From Octopus vulgaris (lineage: Eukaryota), in NCBI GenBank assembly GCA_951406725.2, contig OX597834.1:33418001-33482000 (forward strand): a DNA stretch of 64,000 nucleotides, given 5' to 3'. A program made the translations under genes and the position numbers. A model generated the notes under the pieces. It did not search any database, was not told where the DNA came from, and saw nothing but the letters and a program-made list of their open reading frames with translations. Shown here piece after piece: positions 14,213-27,165 of the stretch (the first letter of the stretch is position 1; each line of letters begins with the position of its first letter).

Positions 14213-14391
14213 CAGTGGTTTTCAACCAGGGTTCCGCAAGAAGTTACAAAACTGCTAAAATCGGCAGTAATTTTTAATTCTCCTGTGCAGATATGTGTGC
14301 ATAAGACTATTAAATTATTGCACAGGGGTTCCTCGAGCCAGTGGAATGTTTCCTTGGGGTTCCGCTCCAACAAAAATGTTGAAAAGCACTG
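14213..14391. mobile_element. hAT (Charlie-like) MITE
   Basis: TIRs CAGTGGTTTTCAAC / GTTGAAAAGCACTG. Perfect 8-bp TSD CTCTAGTG (14205-14212 and 14392-14399). Confidence 0.88.
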
Positions 14392-14940
14392 CTCTAGTGA
14401 AAAGACTGAATGAATGCCTACTCGGTCAGAGCTAACCTGGGGCTAAACAACAGCGCGCGCGCCCTTTCTCTCTCTCTCTCTCTTTCTCCCTCTTCTCTCA
14501 TCCCATGGCGGTAGCTGTATTTTAGTGGAGGATGTGTATTATGGGTAATGGTATCTGTCAGTAGTGGTTGTGTTAGGAAATGATGGCGGTGGCTGTTTGA
14601 AAGGAAGGGGGAAAGAAGGCCCCGAGTTGCAAGGCTAACTGGTTGTTGTTGCTGCTGAAGAAGTATTTATCATTACAATCACACCAGCGACTTTCAAAAT
14701 CTCTTCTCCCTCATCAAATTCCACCATTTTTTTTACCCCCCACCCCGAGGTTTGATTCCCCCTCGCTTTTCTCTCTATCCCCTTTCTTCTGTGTCTGTCT
14801 TTCTTTCTCTCTCTCTCACACACACACAGACACACTCACTAATACGCACACGCATAGGACTCATTAACACACATACATAGACACATTCACATGCGCACCA
14901 CACACATACACACACTCATCAGCACATACATATATAGGTC

Positions 14941-14971
<31 letters not shown>

Positions 14972-15029
14972 TACAGTGTGTGTCTGTCACACACAGATAC
15001 ACGCACACATCTGAGTGTGAATGCTGTCC

Positions 15030-15400
15030 TTTTTCTCACGTCAACTTCCCTTTTCCTTTATTCCTTTTCCATCTTTTTCTTCTCATCCATCCACCTTTTT
15101 CTCATCCTGTCGCCTTTGTCTCCAACTTCCCTCTCACTCTGCCTTTACCTTCTCTCCCCCTCTTTAATCCTTCCACTCTCTCTTCCCTTCTTTCTTTTCC
15201 TTTCAACCTTACTCTCAGCTTTCCCTTCCCTTCCTCTCTTGTCTTTGATTTCTTTTTCTTTCTCACTTCCTTCCTCCCCTTCTCACTCATCCTCTTCTAT
15301 CTCTCACCCTCTCTCTCTTATTCTCTTCCATCTCTCACTCCCCCCTTAGTATTTTCTCCCCCTTTCTCTCTTTTCATAACGTCCCCTCCTTCCTCCACCA
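15030..15400 (+). repeat. Long polypyrimidine (CT-rich) low-complexity tract
   Basis: Almost G-free C/T run on the + strand. Confidence 0.85.
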
Positions 15401-16114
15401 TTCACCAATATCGCTGTTTCCAAACCAACAGGGTCTCTAAGTGGTCGAACGACATGCTAGAAATACTAGTCAAATCTTCCCCAAATCACATCCTATTTCC
15501 CTTAAACAAGATGGGGGAACACCTTAGATAATATAATCTTGACGAGAGAGCCACGGCTGGAACACTTTTGATCATAGTACTACCATGGACTAAACATCAA
15601 ACGTCCCGGCTCGGGGCTTTATGTCAACGTCCCGTTTCCGTCTTTCGTCCCTATCCTGTTGCTGATATTTTTTCCTCCCTCCGTGTTCAAACGGATGCTG
15701 TTGATGCTGTTTGCCTCCCTCCCTTCCTACATCACTGTCCTCAATTCCCAATGTGGCCTGTTTCTCTGGCTGGTTCCTTTCTCTTTGTATGTCGCCAAGT
15801 CTTTTTTAAAGTTTGTTAACCAATGTCTGCCTGCCTTTAGTATCCCGTTTCTTCTTCCATCTTCTTCTCTTTGTCTGACTCCCTGCGTAGCCCCCTTCTT
15901 CATTTCTTTGTGTCCGCTCATTCTCCCCCGCTCCACCGCCACACATCTCCATCCCTCTCTGACGGTTATCGATTATGAGGAGGAGCTGTTCTATCACCTT
16001 GACCAGTCTGGGATTGGTTGAGGTTTAGGGGTAACAAAAGGACTCGAAACTCCAGTAACGGAATTCTATAAGCTGAAAATATAAACCCGTCCATCGTATT
16101 TAATTACTCCATAA

Positions 16115-16345
16115 GGCGGCGAGCTGGCAGAATCGTTAGCATGCCGGACGAAATGCTTAGCAGTATTTCGTCTGCAGTTACGTTCTGAGTTCAAATTCTG
16201 CCGAGGTCGACTTTGCCTTTCATCCTTTCGGGGTCGATTAAATAAGTACCAGTTACGCACTGGGGTCGATATAATCGAATTAATCCGTTTGTCTCTCCTT
16301 GTTTGTCCTCTCTGTGTGTAGCCCCTTGTGGGAAGTAAAGAAATA
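16115..16345 (+). mobile_element. SINE family B
   Basis: Near-identical to 12119-12349. Confidence 0.87.
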
Positions 16346-18338
16346 CGTATTTAAGTAATTACTCTGTCTTGGTATTGTGGAATCTTTTGGTGTGATGTGG
16401 GGTACTGTAGTCTATAGTAGTGTGGTTGTGACCTGCTATGGAGTTGGCTCACAAAACTTTCTGTTCAGTAGTTTATGGCATTACCAATTCTAGTTCCTGT
16501 ATAAATTCAATATTTCTTAAATTAATGGGAAGCACGCAATGTATGTAACCAATTTGAGCAATCAAGATTACTTTTTAGTTCTTTCAACTGTTAGAAATTG
16601 AGGTTTAAAGATATCACTGTATATCCTGATAGCTTTTTTTTTTTTTTATATATTATTTATATAGAAGTTACAAACAATTAAATTCAGACAAACAAAAAGA
16701 GTCTAAAAAAAACAACCTAGTGCCTTCAGCTATAGTTCCAGGCCGACCAATGCCTTGTGAATGAAATTGTTTGGCAGAGACTGTGTGGAATCCCGTTATA
16801 CACACAAATGTGTGTGTGACCACTGGTATTGGTTTATTTATGCCCCAATACTGCTGAACTACTAAGTTATGGGGATGTAAACACACCCGCACTAGTTATC
16901 AAACAGTGACGAGGGGACAGACAGACAGACACACACACATATATGACAGGCTTCTTTCATTTTCCGTCTACCCAACGCACACAGAGTGGGACTGAACCTG
17001 AAACCATGTGCTCACATGGGTCCGACAGAATTTGTTGAAGTGGATATTCTATGGCTGGATGCCCTTTCTGTCATTGCTCCTCACCTCTTTGTGAGTAAGG
17101 TTAATATTTTCTCTGCTGCCAGATATGTTTTGACTGAAAATTGGAAACGAAGCACACCGCCTGCATAACAGAGACACTCGTTTACAGCTACAAGATGATG
17201 TCAAGGCAAGGAGACAGTAACACATTTACACACACAATGGCTGGGTGAGTGGCTTCTTTCAGCCTCTGTCTAGATTCTACCAGATCTACTCCCAAGGTCC
17301 TAGCTGGCCTGGGAATACAATGGAGGACACATATACAAGATGCCACTTGGCAGGATTGAACCTGAAACCACATGGTTGGGAAACAAACTTCTCACCACAT
17401 AGCTATACCTGCACCTTGCATGTGCAAACACACAGGTTCAAAACAAGGTGGAGAAAATAGTACCTGGATACTGTGGGTAGAGTAAAATAGCATTTTATTG
17501 GAGCTGAAAAGACTTCACACATCCATTGTGTGTGTGTGTATATTTAAGGGGTTTCAGTAATTGGTTAGGGAGAGATAGCAAAAGGAAACAGAAGTGCAGG
17601 AAAGATAATTTGTGCTAAGATATGCTGCAATGCAACTAAGTCTCACTTGAGTTATCTTTCCTTGATTTCTGTTTCCAATGTAACTTGTAGGTTTGTGCAC
17701 CATCCAATGATATGAGCATGAATATGTGTCTCTGCACGATGAATTACATGTGGATGTATATATATATATATATTTTGCTATTGAACATCATCATCATCAC
17801 CATAACCATTGTCATCATTGCTATTATATGCACTGTTGCAAAAGTGCAATTTATAGTGCAGTATACTGTCACTTGAGAAATGTAACTGCAACCATGGTCA
17901 AGCACTGCCTTGAAGGATTCCAGATGAATGAATTGACCCAGCACTTGGTTGTTTAAAGTTTTGGCCTCTTTTGCAGAAATGCTAAGTTACAGGGTCATAA
18001 ACACACCCATACCGGTTGTCAAACAGTGGTAGGGCACAAACACAGACACAACCCACCCCACACACAGACGTACATGACTGGCTTCTTTCATTTACTGTCT
18101 GCCAAATTCATTCACAAGGCCTTGTCATCCCAAGAGGCTATAATAGAAGGCACTTTGACAAAGTAACATGCAGTGGAACTGAACCTGGAACCATGTGGTT
18201 GGGAAGCATTAAAAAGAATTTGGCAAAATATTTTTGATTCAGTCTATTTGAAGAAAAATTTTCTTTAAATTAAAAATTAATTATATATAAAAATCTTACC
18301 CCTACCCCAGAATGACCCTAATCTTTTCAAAGTTTTCG

Positions 18339-18372
<34 letters not shown>

Positions 18373-19153
18373 ATACAAATCATTATTGTTAACATTTAAC
18401 ATCTGTCTTCGATGCTGGCATGGGTTGGACTGTTTGACAGGAGCTGGCCAGTTTAAAGACTACATCAGACTACTGTGTCTGTTTTGGCAAGGTTTTTATC
18501 GCTAGATGTCCTTCATAACATTAACCACCCCGTAGAGTGGGCTAAGTGCTTCATGTATGTATACACACACACACATACACATACAGGGTGAACCAGAAGT
18601 CATTTTAATCAATTGTTATAATCATATTTTCTTGTGTTTTTCTTAAATATTATTCTTTTCTACTCTAGGCACAAGGCCTGAAATTTTAGGGGGAGGCCAG
18701 TTGATTAAATTGACCCCAGTACACAACTGGTACTTAATTTATTGACTCCAAAAGGATGAAAGGTAAAGTCTATCTCGGTGGAATTTGAGCTCAGAACATA
18801 AAGACAGACAAAATACCGCTAAGCATTTCAACCGGTTTACTAATGTTTCTGTCAGCTCGCACCCTTTTCTTAAATATCATTAAATATTGAAACCTGTTCA
18901 TGATGTTTCAGTATTTGATAATGATTCTAAAAAGAAGTAATTTAAAGAAAGCTATTAAAACTTCAGGCCTCTTTGTGACTTGTGACCCATTGTGCATATA
19001 TGCAGATACAATGGATTTGCACACAGATTTTGTTAGGAAAGGCATCAGCCAGTATAGAGTTGGGCAAGTGTATGGCAACACTTACTCAAGATGCCATACT
19101 GTGACACTTAATTTGAAACTGTACAGTTGAGAAATGAACTTCTTAAGCTATAC

Positions 19154-19199
<46 letters not shown>

Positions 19200-19200
<1 letters not shown>

Positions 19201-19700
19201 CATCAAACACCAGTTAAGGAGCTCAAGAACACAAAAACCAGTTCCATGGATAGCTACTAACATAATCCTACTAATCTAGGTAACAAAAAATATTGTGCAA
19301 CTACTAAAATAAAGAGCTATGGCCTCAGAATATTCTATTACAAAACTTGATCATTGATCTATTGTGCTATAGTGATAGTCCCAGGTGACACACAACCCTC
19401 TACACATTAACACTGGAATGTCTGACGAGTTTCAAGAGCTGATACTTATAACATAAGTCCACCTTTAACATAGAGACAAACTATGAGCACAACATTATCA
19501 AACCACACATGGCACTTGAGAGAACTCGAATATCACCTGGTTTATGTTGCACTTCAACAATAAATACACCCACTGTTCAATTTCTATGCTTCATCTTCAT
19601 CAAAACAACAGACACCTTATACACAAGATCAGAGCTAATCTCTAACTGCTGCTTTGAAAAGAAGTTCATATTTGATAGAAATGAGCCTGATTAAGGCATT
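19200..19700 (+). pseudogene. Penelope-like element GIY-YIG endonuclease C-terminal remnant
   Basis: Frameshifted STTLSNHTWHLRE and LYTRSELISNCCFEKKF resemble the recalled Penelope-like C-terminal motifs (ST.LS.HIW.LK; LNKRSELISKCRH..KF). Confidence 0.62.
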
Positions 19701-19779
19701 GCATATTTGTTGCTTTTTATGAACATCTGATTGCTATATATATATATATATATATATGATAATCATCATCATCATTGTC

Positions 19780-20560
19780 TTGTGTCATACACCTGCAGTG
19801 CATTGATGGCACTACACTGAAAGTCTTCTTGATTAAGTGCAAGTTCTCCTGCTGCCTTGCTACTCTTATCCAACTAGCTCTTGGTCCATTGTGTTCTTTG
19901 CCTGCCTCTTGATCTATTGCCTTCTACTCTTCCTTCCATCATAATGTTTTCCAAACCTCTGCTTCTTCGAATAGGTCCATAATAGACAAACTTTTGTTTT
20001 TAAAACTTACGAAGGGCATCCTGGCGTTAGGAAGGGCATTGACATTAGGAAGGGCATCCTTGGCGTTAGGAAGGGCATCCTTGGCGTTAGGAAGGGCATT
20101 GGCGTTAGGAAGGGCATCCTGGCGTTAGGAAGGGCATCCTGGCGTTAGGAAGGGCATCCTTGGTGTTAGGAAGGGCATCCTGGCGTTAGGAAGGGCATCC
20201 TTGGTGTTAGGAAGAGCATCCTGGCGTTAGGAAGGGCATCCAGCTGTAGAAACACTGCCAGATCAGACTGGAGCCTGGTGCAGCCTTCTGGCTTCCCTGA
20301 TCCCCGGTCGAACCATCCAACCCATGCTAGCATGGAGAACAGACGTTAAACGATGATGATGATGTTTGAGGATTGTCGTTTTTCACATACTTGTAACATC
20401 CATTCAGTTGTCCTTGTAAGAAATCCATAACATTCTCCTATTATACACTCACATTTCGAATACATTATGCTGTTTAGCGTCCATGCTTTGCAACCATAAA
20501 TGACAATTGGCCAAGGGAGTACTTGCACTAGGCTTTTCCAAGTCTCTTCATTTAAGCTGT
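19780..20560 (-). pseudogene. RTE-clade LINE 3' remnant, split by the 20011-20364 insertion
   Basis: WPIVIYGCKAWTL ... YYGPIRRSRGLENIMMEGRVEGNRSRGRQRTQW, typical of the RTE ORF C-terminus. Confidence 0.8.
20011..20364 (+). mobile_element. 5'-truncated family C retroposon with (GAT)n tail and a 5' tandem array of its own 20-mer
   Basis: Array 20011-20241, then CAGCTGTAGAAACACTGCCAG...GACGTTAAACGATGATGATGATG. Related copies at 28032-28203 (-), 30889-31100 (+), 7168-7290 (-) and 36085-36183 (-). Confidence 0.8.
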
Positions 20561-21151
20561 GCACACACACACTCACACATACACACACACTCTCACACAC
20601 ACACTCTCTCACACACACTCACACACACACACTCATACACGCACACACTCACACACACTCACACACACTCACACACACATCTCACCCACTACTTTACAAT
20701 ACAGGAACACTTGTGTTGTTGGTTTGTTTATCTATCCGGGTCAAGGGGCCAACTCGCATATTTATTTACTTGTTATTTATTTATTTTATTGTTTAAAATA
20801 AAATAAAAATGTTATCATCACTCCATTGATCTTTAGAGATTACAGGATGTGCCTCATGATGATAATGGCTCTTGGTGGTAGTGGTGGTGGTGGTGGTACT
20901 GGGACTGTAGTGGTCTTGTAATGTTGTTGGTGTGTAGGTAGTGATGGTGGGTTGGCGGTGGTATAAAACAAAAAAAGAAACAGTTGGATGATAGAATTTA
21001 GCACAGCCACCTGTGTGTGTGTGTATGTGTGTTTAGAGTTTATACAATAATCTGAGAAAGGTTATAACTTTGAATTAAGTAAATAAATGGAAACATTCAA
21101 CTTATCTTGGTAAACTGTTCAGGGGTGGGGGAAGATTATATCACACTGAAC

Positions 21152-21200
<49 letters not shown>

Positions 21201-21221
21201 TTTTGTATGTGTGTATCTGTG

Positions 21222-21265
<44 letters not shown>

Positions 21266-21398
21266 GGTATATTTATATTATACACAAAATGCATTACTTG
21301 TGTATATTTAATTATGAGTGTATAATGTATGTGTCTATCTGAATATATATGCTTACACACCCACCCACACACACACACACATATACATATATATATAT

Positions 21399-21839
21399 AT
21401 GACGGGCTTCTTTCAGTTTTGGTCAGCCCAAGGTTATAGCAGAAGACACTTGCCCAAGGTGCCACACAGTGGGACTGAACCCAGAACCATGTGGTTGGTA
21501 AGCAAGCTACTTACGGCAGTGGATGTGTGGTAAGTAGCTTGGGCAAGTGTCTTCTACTATAGCCATAGGACAACCAAATTCTTGTGAGTGGATTTGGTAG
21601 ACAGAAACTGAAAGAAGCCCGTTGTATTTGTATGTGTGTGTGTGTGTGTGTGTATGTGTCCCCCAACAGCGCTTGACAACCAATGCTGGTGTGTTTATGC
21701 CCCTATGACTTAGCAGTTTGGCAAAAGAGACTGATAGAATAAGTACTAGGCTTATAAAGAATAAGTCCTGGGGTCAATTTGCTCCATAAAAGGTGGTACT
21801 CCAGCATGGCCGCAGTCAAAATGACTGAAGCAAGTAAAA

Positions 21840-21841
<2 letters not shown>
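21399..21841. mobile_element. Two SINE family A copies head-to-head (- 21399-21513, + 21516-21841)
   Basis: The family A 5' half on - is directly followed by a + copy. Confidence 0.8.
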
Positions 21842-21875
<34 letters not shown>

Positions 21876-22043
21876 AGAGAGAGAGAGAGAGAGAGAGAAC
21901 ACACATAACATACATTTACACATACATGCAAACAAAAATGTGTGTGTGTGTGTGTTGTTCAGTGTGATATAATCTTCCCCGCCTTGAACAGTTTACCAAG
22001 ATAAGTTGAATGTTTCCATTTATTTACTTAATTCAAAGTTCTA

Positions 22044-22088
<45 letters not shown>

Positions 22089-22091
<3 letters not shown>

Positions 22092-22137
22092 TAGTACCTC
22101 AGTTTTTGAACAACTCTGATCGCAAATAAATCGTGCT

Positions 22138-22178
<41 letters not shown>

Positions 22179-22250
22179 GAGAGATATAGATAGATATATA
22201 AAGCACGATTTATTCATGATCAGAGGCATTCGTAAACCAAGGTACTACTG
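22089..22250. mobile_element. Tigger/pogo-like MITE ends enclosing a microsatellite
   Basis: About 52-bp imperfect inverted arms CAGTAGTACCTC...AATCGTGCTTTA / TAAAGCACGATT...GGTACTACTG|TA. Confidence 0.65.
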
Positions 22251-22374
22251 TATTAAGTGAATATTAGGAAGACAGAAGATTAAAGTACGATTTATTCGTG
22301 ATCAGAGTTGTTCGAAAATCGAAGTTCTACTGCATATAGATAGATATATATAAAGCATGATTTATTTGTGATCA

Positions 22375-22418
<44 letters not shown>

Positions 22419-22666
22419 TAAAATAGTCCCCCAAAACCATATGAGGGTTTTTCTTTCATGGTAAATATTGCAGTATGTGTTTGTTCTAACACATCAACTT
22501 TTCAGTGGGAATAGATATTGCCTTTTGTTATTAATACTGCTTCTGTTGCCCTCCTTATTTCGTTAGGAAAGGTATCCAGCTGTAGAAACCATGCCAAAAC
22601 AGACATGGAACCTGAACAGCCCTTCAGCTGGAAAATGGATGTTAAATGATGATGATTATATGTACA

Positions 22667-22734
<68 letters not shown>

Positions 22735-22737
<3 letters not shown>

Positions 22738-22949
22738 GAGGTGCTGAAAAGTTCCTGATTTTAAGGGTATTTTGAAAGGCTCAGTTGGAGGCCCAACCTT
22801 CTGAGTTCTTTTACAGAGCTTAGAAAAACTGAAGGACCTCTGCAATCAGTGTGTGAATCTAAGAGAGGAATATGTTGAATAAATCATAATTAACTGATCC
22901 TCCTCTATTTTCTTTTACCCAAAGCCAGGAACTTTTCAACATCCCCTTG
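22735..22949. mobile_element. mariner-type MITE
   Basis: TIR GAGGAGGTGCTGAAAAGTTCCTG / CAGGAACTTTTCAACATCCCCTTG. A fragment ending CACCCCCTCG|TA lies at about 23130-23195, and an inverted copy at 42016-42230. Confidence 0.78.
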
Positions 22950-23715
22950 TGTTTGTGTGTGTGGGGGTGAAGGTTGTATACTATACGCTGTGCATATATG
23001 ATGGTCTATATATATTATATGTAACTTGTGTATGTGTGTGTGTGTGTATATAAAAGCACTTGCCTACTGATTATTGCTGAGAATAATGCTATCCTTGAAA
23101 GGTCGGCAGAGGTTATGAACAATTTGTGCATTGGATCTCCAACCAGGTCCTTTGCGATACCCTTAAAGCCGGGAACTTTTCAACACCCCCTCGTATATAT
23201 ATCTATATACGTTTCCCCTTTGCCTTACCCTTGTCATTCCCTGGTTGTGTTGTTAGCTGAGAAACATGACATTATTTTCCCTATAGAATATGAAAACCTG
23301 CAAGCTCCATGAAATGTGTACATGGCCATTAACAAACCATTTGTTCACATTTTCCCAGGCTCATATTTACATGTACGGTCTTCTCATACTCTGTTATTCA
23401 AATTTCAGTTTGTTGGCTCAACATAATTTTCTTTCAAAAAACTGTTTGCTATACAACTTCTTCTTTGAGCATACTAATAATGTATGCTCTCCCAATACTT
23501 AAACATGTGTAGTCTACCCATAATTTGTTATTCGTACCACAAATTTATTGAACGGGCTCCCTGTTAGTTGTATATGTGTACAATCAGCTTGTAATTTGCT
23601 GATCTAATTTCAGCTCCTTCTGTGAGATGAATTTCATTCAGAAAACTGTTCTGTTCCTGAATTTGTTTAAGAAGACCGTTTATATGGGTACCTCACTCAG
23701 GATTTGTGGGTATGA

Positions 23716-23769
<54 letters not shown>

Positions 23770-23940
23770 GCACACTGTATAATCTGGGTAATAGCAGGTT
23801 GTGCAATCACTGAAAAACTCACAAAGATTTAGTAACTTAACTAAATCTTTCAAGGCAGTGCTCCAGTATGGCTGCAGTCCTATCACTGAAACAACTAAAA
23901 GACAAAAGAGTAAACTATATATATATATATATACACACAA

Positions 23941-24165
23941 GGCGGCGAGCTGGCAGAAACGTTTGCCCGCCGGGCGAAATGTGTAGCCGTATTTCGTCTG
24001 CCGTTACGTTCTGAGTTCAAATTCCGCCGAGGTTGACTTTACCTTTCATCCTTTCGGGGTCGATAAATTAAGTACCAGTTACGCACTGGAGTTAATGTAA
24101 TCGACTTAATCCGTTTGTTTGTCCCCTCTATGTTTAGCCTCTTGTGGGTAGTAAAAAAAAAAAAA
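23941..24165 (+). mobile_element. SINE family B
   Basis: Family B structure with an A-rich tail. Confidence 0.85.
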
Positions 24166-24229
24166 TATATATATATATATATGTACACACTCACATACTT
24201 ACACACACACGCAAATAATTAATGAGTGA

Positions 24230-26900
24230 TCTGTAATATTGTATATAAAAACTGCTAAGGACAGGCTCTTGGTGAGGTCAAAGTCAATATGTATAATGAC
24301 GGGGGAAAATTTCCAATGGACATGAAGTAGGTTAAGAAGATTCCAACACTTCAAATGTTGGAGGGGTCCTTTAGAGAATCCAAAACTTAATGGATCCTAT
24401 AGTAAATGATCTTGACCCATCTCCTGTTAGAGTCATGCTGAGTGACCTGAGAAGCATCTGGGAGCAGGGCCACTTTTTGAATGATCCCAGATCATTAAAC
24501 TTAGATGTAATAGAGCCACCTCTAGAATCAGAGTTTTTGAGCAGCATGCAACAATTACAGGATTTATATCTCTTGCTATTAAGCCAGATAGTGGTGTGGC
24601 AGTGTTGTTCCAGAAAGGTTTGGCTCTCCAGTAAAAACACTCTTTTATGAACCTGATTGGTCAGTCAGTAATCTTAGTAATGTGTGGCAGTAAATGTGAT
24701 GCTTTGTAGCTGGTTACTGCCTATCCTTTGAAGGAGGCTTGACGGCCAGACTTCAGGCACAAGGAAACTTTCCTGGAAGCATCTCATCTATATCGGTGGT
24801 AGTTGGAGACTGGAATGGAATCCTAAATGCACACTGAGATTCTATGGGAGTTTCTGACAGATGAGGCATATGTAAAAGTTTTTGGCTTTGCTCAAATGCT
24901 TTCTGAAAGGTTTTGAATGGATCAAATGTGCAGATGTGAATTTAATCAAATTGCAGTGGATCTTTTGGATATATTTTAGATTGAATTTTTATCTGGTTAG
25001 CAAATAGGGGACTGTGCAGGATGCCAACAACTGAAAGTGGTTAACCATACAGATTATAAGTTTGGTATCTATACAGTAATCATTGAAAGGTTGTCTAGAA
25101 AAGAATCCAATAACCGGAAGTTGAATAAACCATCAAATGACTGGTGAGAGACAGCATCAACAAGAGGCAATAGGTCACCGTAAGAGGAAAATTATGATAG
25201 GATCCACTAGAACTGGCACTAAACAACAATAGATTAGAGAAGGGGTTTGTAAGTAGTCTTGAAGAGGCTGTTAGGTAAAGCATTTGTATATAATGTGCCA
25301 GTAGTGAAGTATGTCTCAAGCTATTTCATTTCTTTTTTTTTCTTTTCAAAATGCAAATTCATGCATTGTCTATGCTATGTTGCATACATTTTGACATGGT
25401 GGAACAAATGACCTACCAGAACAATGGTAGGTCATTAATCCTAATGTTGTAAGGTAGTGAAGGTGATGATTTGAGGCTGGTTCCTCTTCATTGTTTGAGA
25501 GTGACCAAACAGGCCCATGTAGCAGAGACACAGTGTGGCAACATAGCCAAATTCCGGTCTTTGTGCTAGTCCATTTCCAATATGTATATATGGTTCTTCA
25601 GTAGAGCTTCACTGAACAATTCTTGAGGAATGATGAACTGGAAGCAATGTAACTTGATGCCAACAATTCTGGTCTTCTGTGACTCTTGGCAGAAGTTGCT
25701 AAATTTTGCTGTGAAAAGCTGGTTTTAGCAGCTGAAATAATCAAGTATTTTGATTGGCTATCCAAGGGGTAAATTGCAGGGATTGGATTGTGTTCTGTAT
25801 GAGTTTTTTTGTTTTTTTTGTTACCTGTTGGATTGTGGCTTCTTGCATCTTTCTGCAGCTCATCTCTTTGACTGAGCTGGGGTTAAATGTGGGTCACTCT
25901 GGCATCTGGAATGTTACCAAGTGCTCATACAAGTATTATATAAAGGGTTAGTGAAAGGTATGGATGATGATGGCTTGTGGACAGTTTTAGACATTATCAA
26001 GGACTGTATAGAGAACTTTCAGTCTGTGCACAGTGTCCAAAAGTCGTTGGGTCTGGTGGTGCCACTGGGGTAGGGTGTTACCAAGTTAAGATAAACTCAA
26101 GACTATTGGTTCTGAATTGGGATCCATATAAGGTTTTGTTGTTAAAAGTTGTGTGCAATAAATTTCTTATCTTTCTGCAGTATATAAAATATTTTAACAA
26201 TTTTTTTTTTAATACAATTCCTAATAATATTTAATTATGAAAATATATATAATTTTTTGTAAGAGTTTACCCGAATAAAAGAGGAATCAAGAGTCCATAG
26301 AAAAAAGATGGTTGAGAGCCCCTGTTTTAGTTACGGTAGTGCCATTAATTGAGTTTGACCAAGATGTGTGCAAAGCACATACAGAAAAAAACTTATACAG
26401 AACACAATCCAATCCCTGCAATTTACCCCTTGGATAGCCAATCAAAATATTTGATTATTTCAGCTGCTAAAACCAGCTTTTCACAGCAAAATTTAGCATC
26501 TACTGTCTCATGGTGGTTAGTGTTGAAGACTGGTTATATGTAGGACAGATCCAGCTATCAGCTGAGACCTGAAACAATCCCTCCCCAACCACCTGCCCTC
26601 CTTTGGTTGGGGAAAAGTGGGGCAGTTAGTGTGATGAAGGACTTTTGGGATATTTGAGGACAGACATTGTTATCTACTTCAAATTCCTCTTGAAAAGTAG
26701 GGCAATAGTGTGATGGGAAGTGCTGCTTCCCAGTAAATTTGTTGAAAGGTGTGTGGGAATGGTGAGTTTGGAGTGGCTGAATGGCTTCCGTCTACATCTT
26801 CACTTTTAATTTCTTAGTAATGAGAAAGTCTCTCGGCTTAGTGTTGAAAAATAAAAAGTTTTAAGGATTTGTAGGGTATCCTAGTTTTCATTATATATTC
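24230..26900 (-). pseudogene. Highly decayed retroelement, probably Penelope-like reverse transcriptase
   Basis: Non-microsatellite block with minus-strand traces TYFTTGTLYTNALP (cf. DF.TLYT.IP), KIYPK and PHLS in the expected order. Many stops and frameshifts; boundaries uncertain. Confidence 0.42.
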
Positions 26901-27165
26901 ATATTGTATACATCTTTCTTTTCATTTGATGTAAAATTCTCCACTTACTGTAAAGTATAGAAGCCATCTTAATATGGCTAACCACAAAGGGGAGGAGGTG
27001 TTATTAAGATGGCTTCTATACTTTACATTATCGAGCGATTACTGTTTACATCTCATTCTTAGATTTAATAATGTCTCCACTTACTTTTTTCCGTAACTGA
27101 TTTTTATAATATACCCCCTTTGCTCCCCTTGTACCAGATAAATCTATTATTATTATTATTATTAA

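Noticed and set aside
13940-14413. 157-aa ORF
   Set aside because: Runs through a hAT MITE with an intact TSD and has no recognisable domain.
15690-15795. Hydrophobic peptides as a possible Notch signal-peptide exon
   Set aside because: The nearby GTATGT donor gives phase 2 or phase 0 from the available ATGs, not the phase 1 required, and the hydrophobicity is explained by CT-rich composition.
20011-20241. CRISPR-like array
   Set aside because: Units abut with no unique spacers, the unit is a SINE-internal motif, and the context is eukaryotic with no cas genes.
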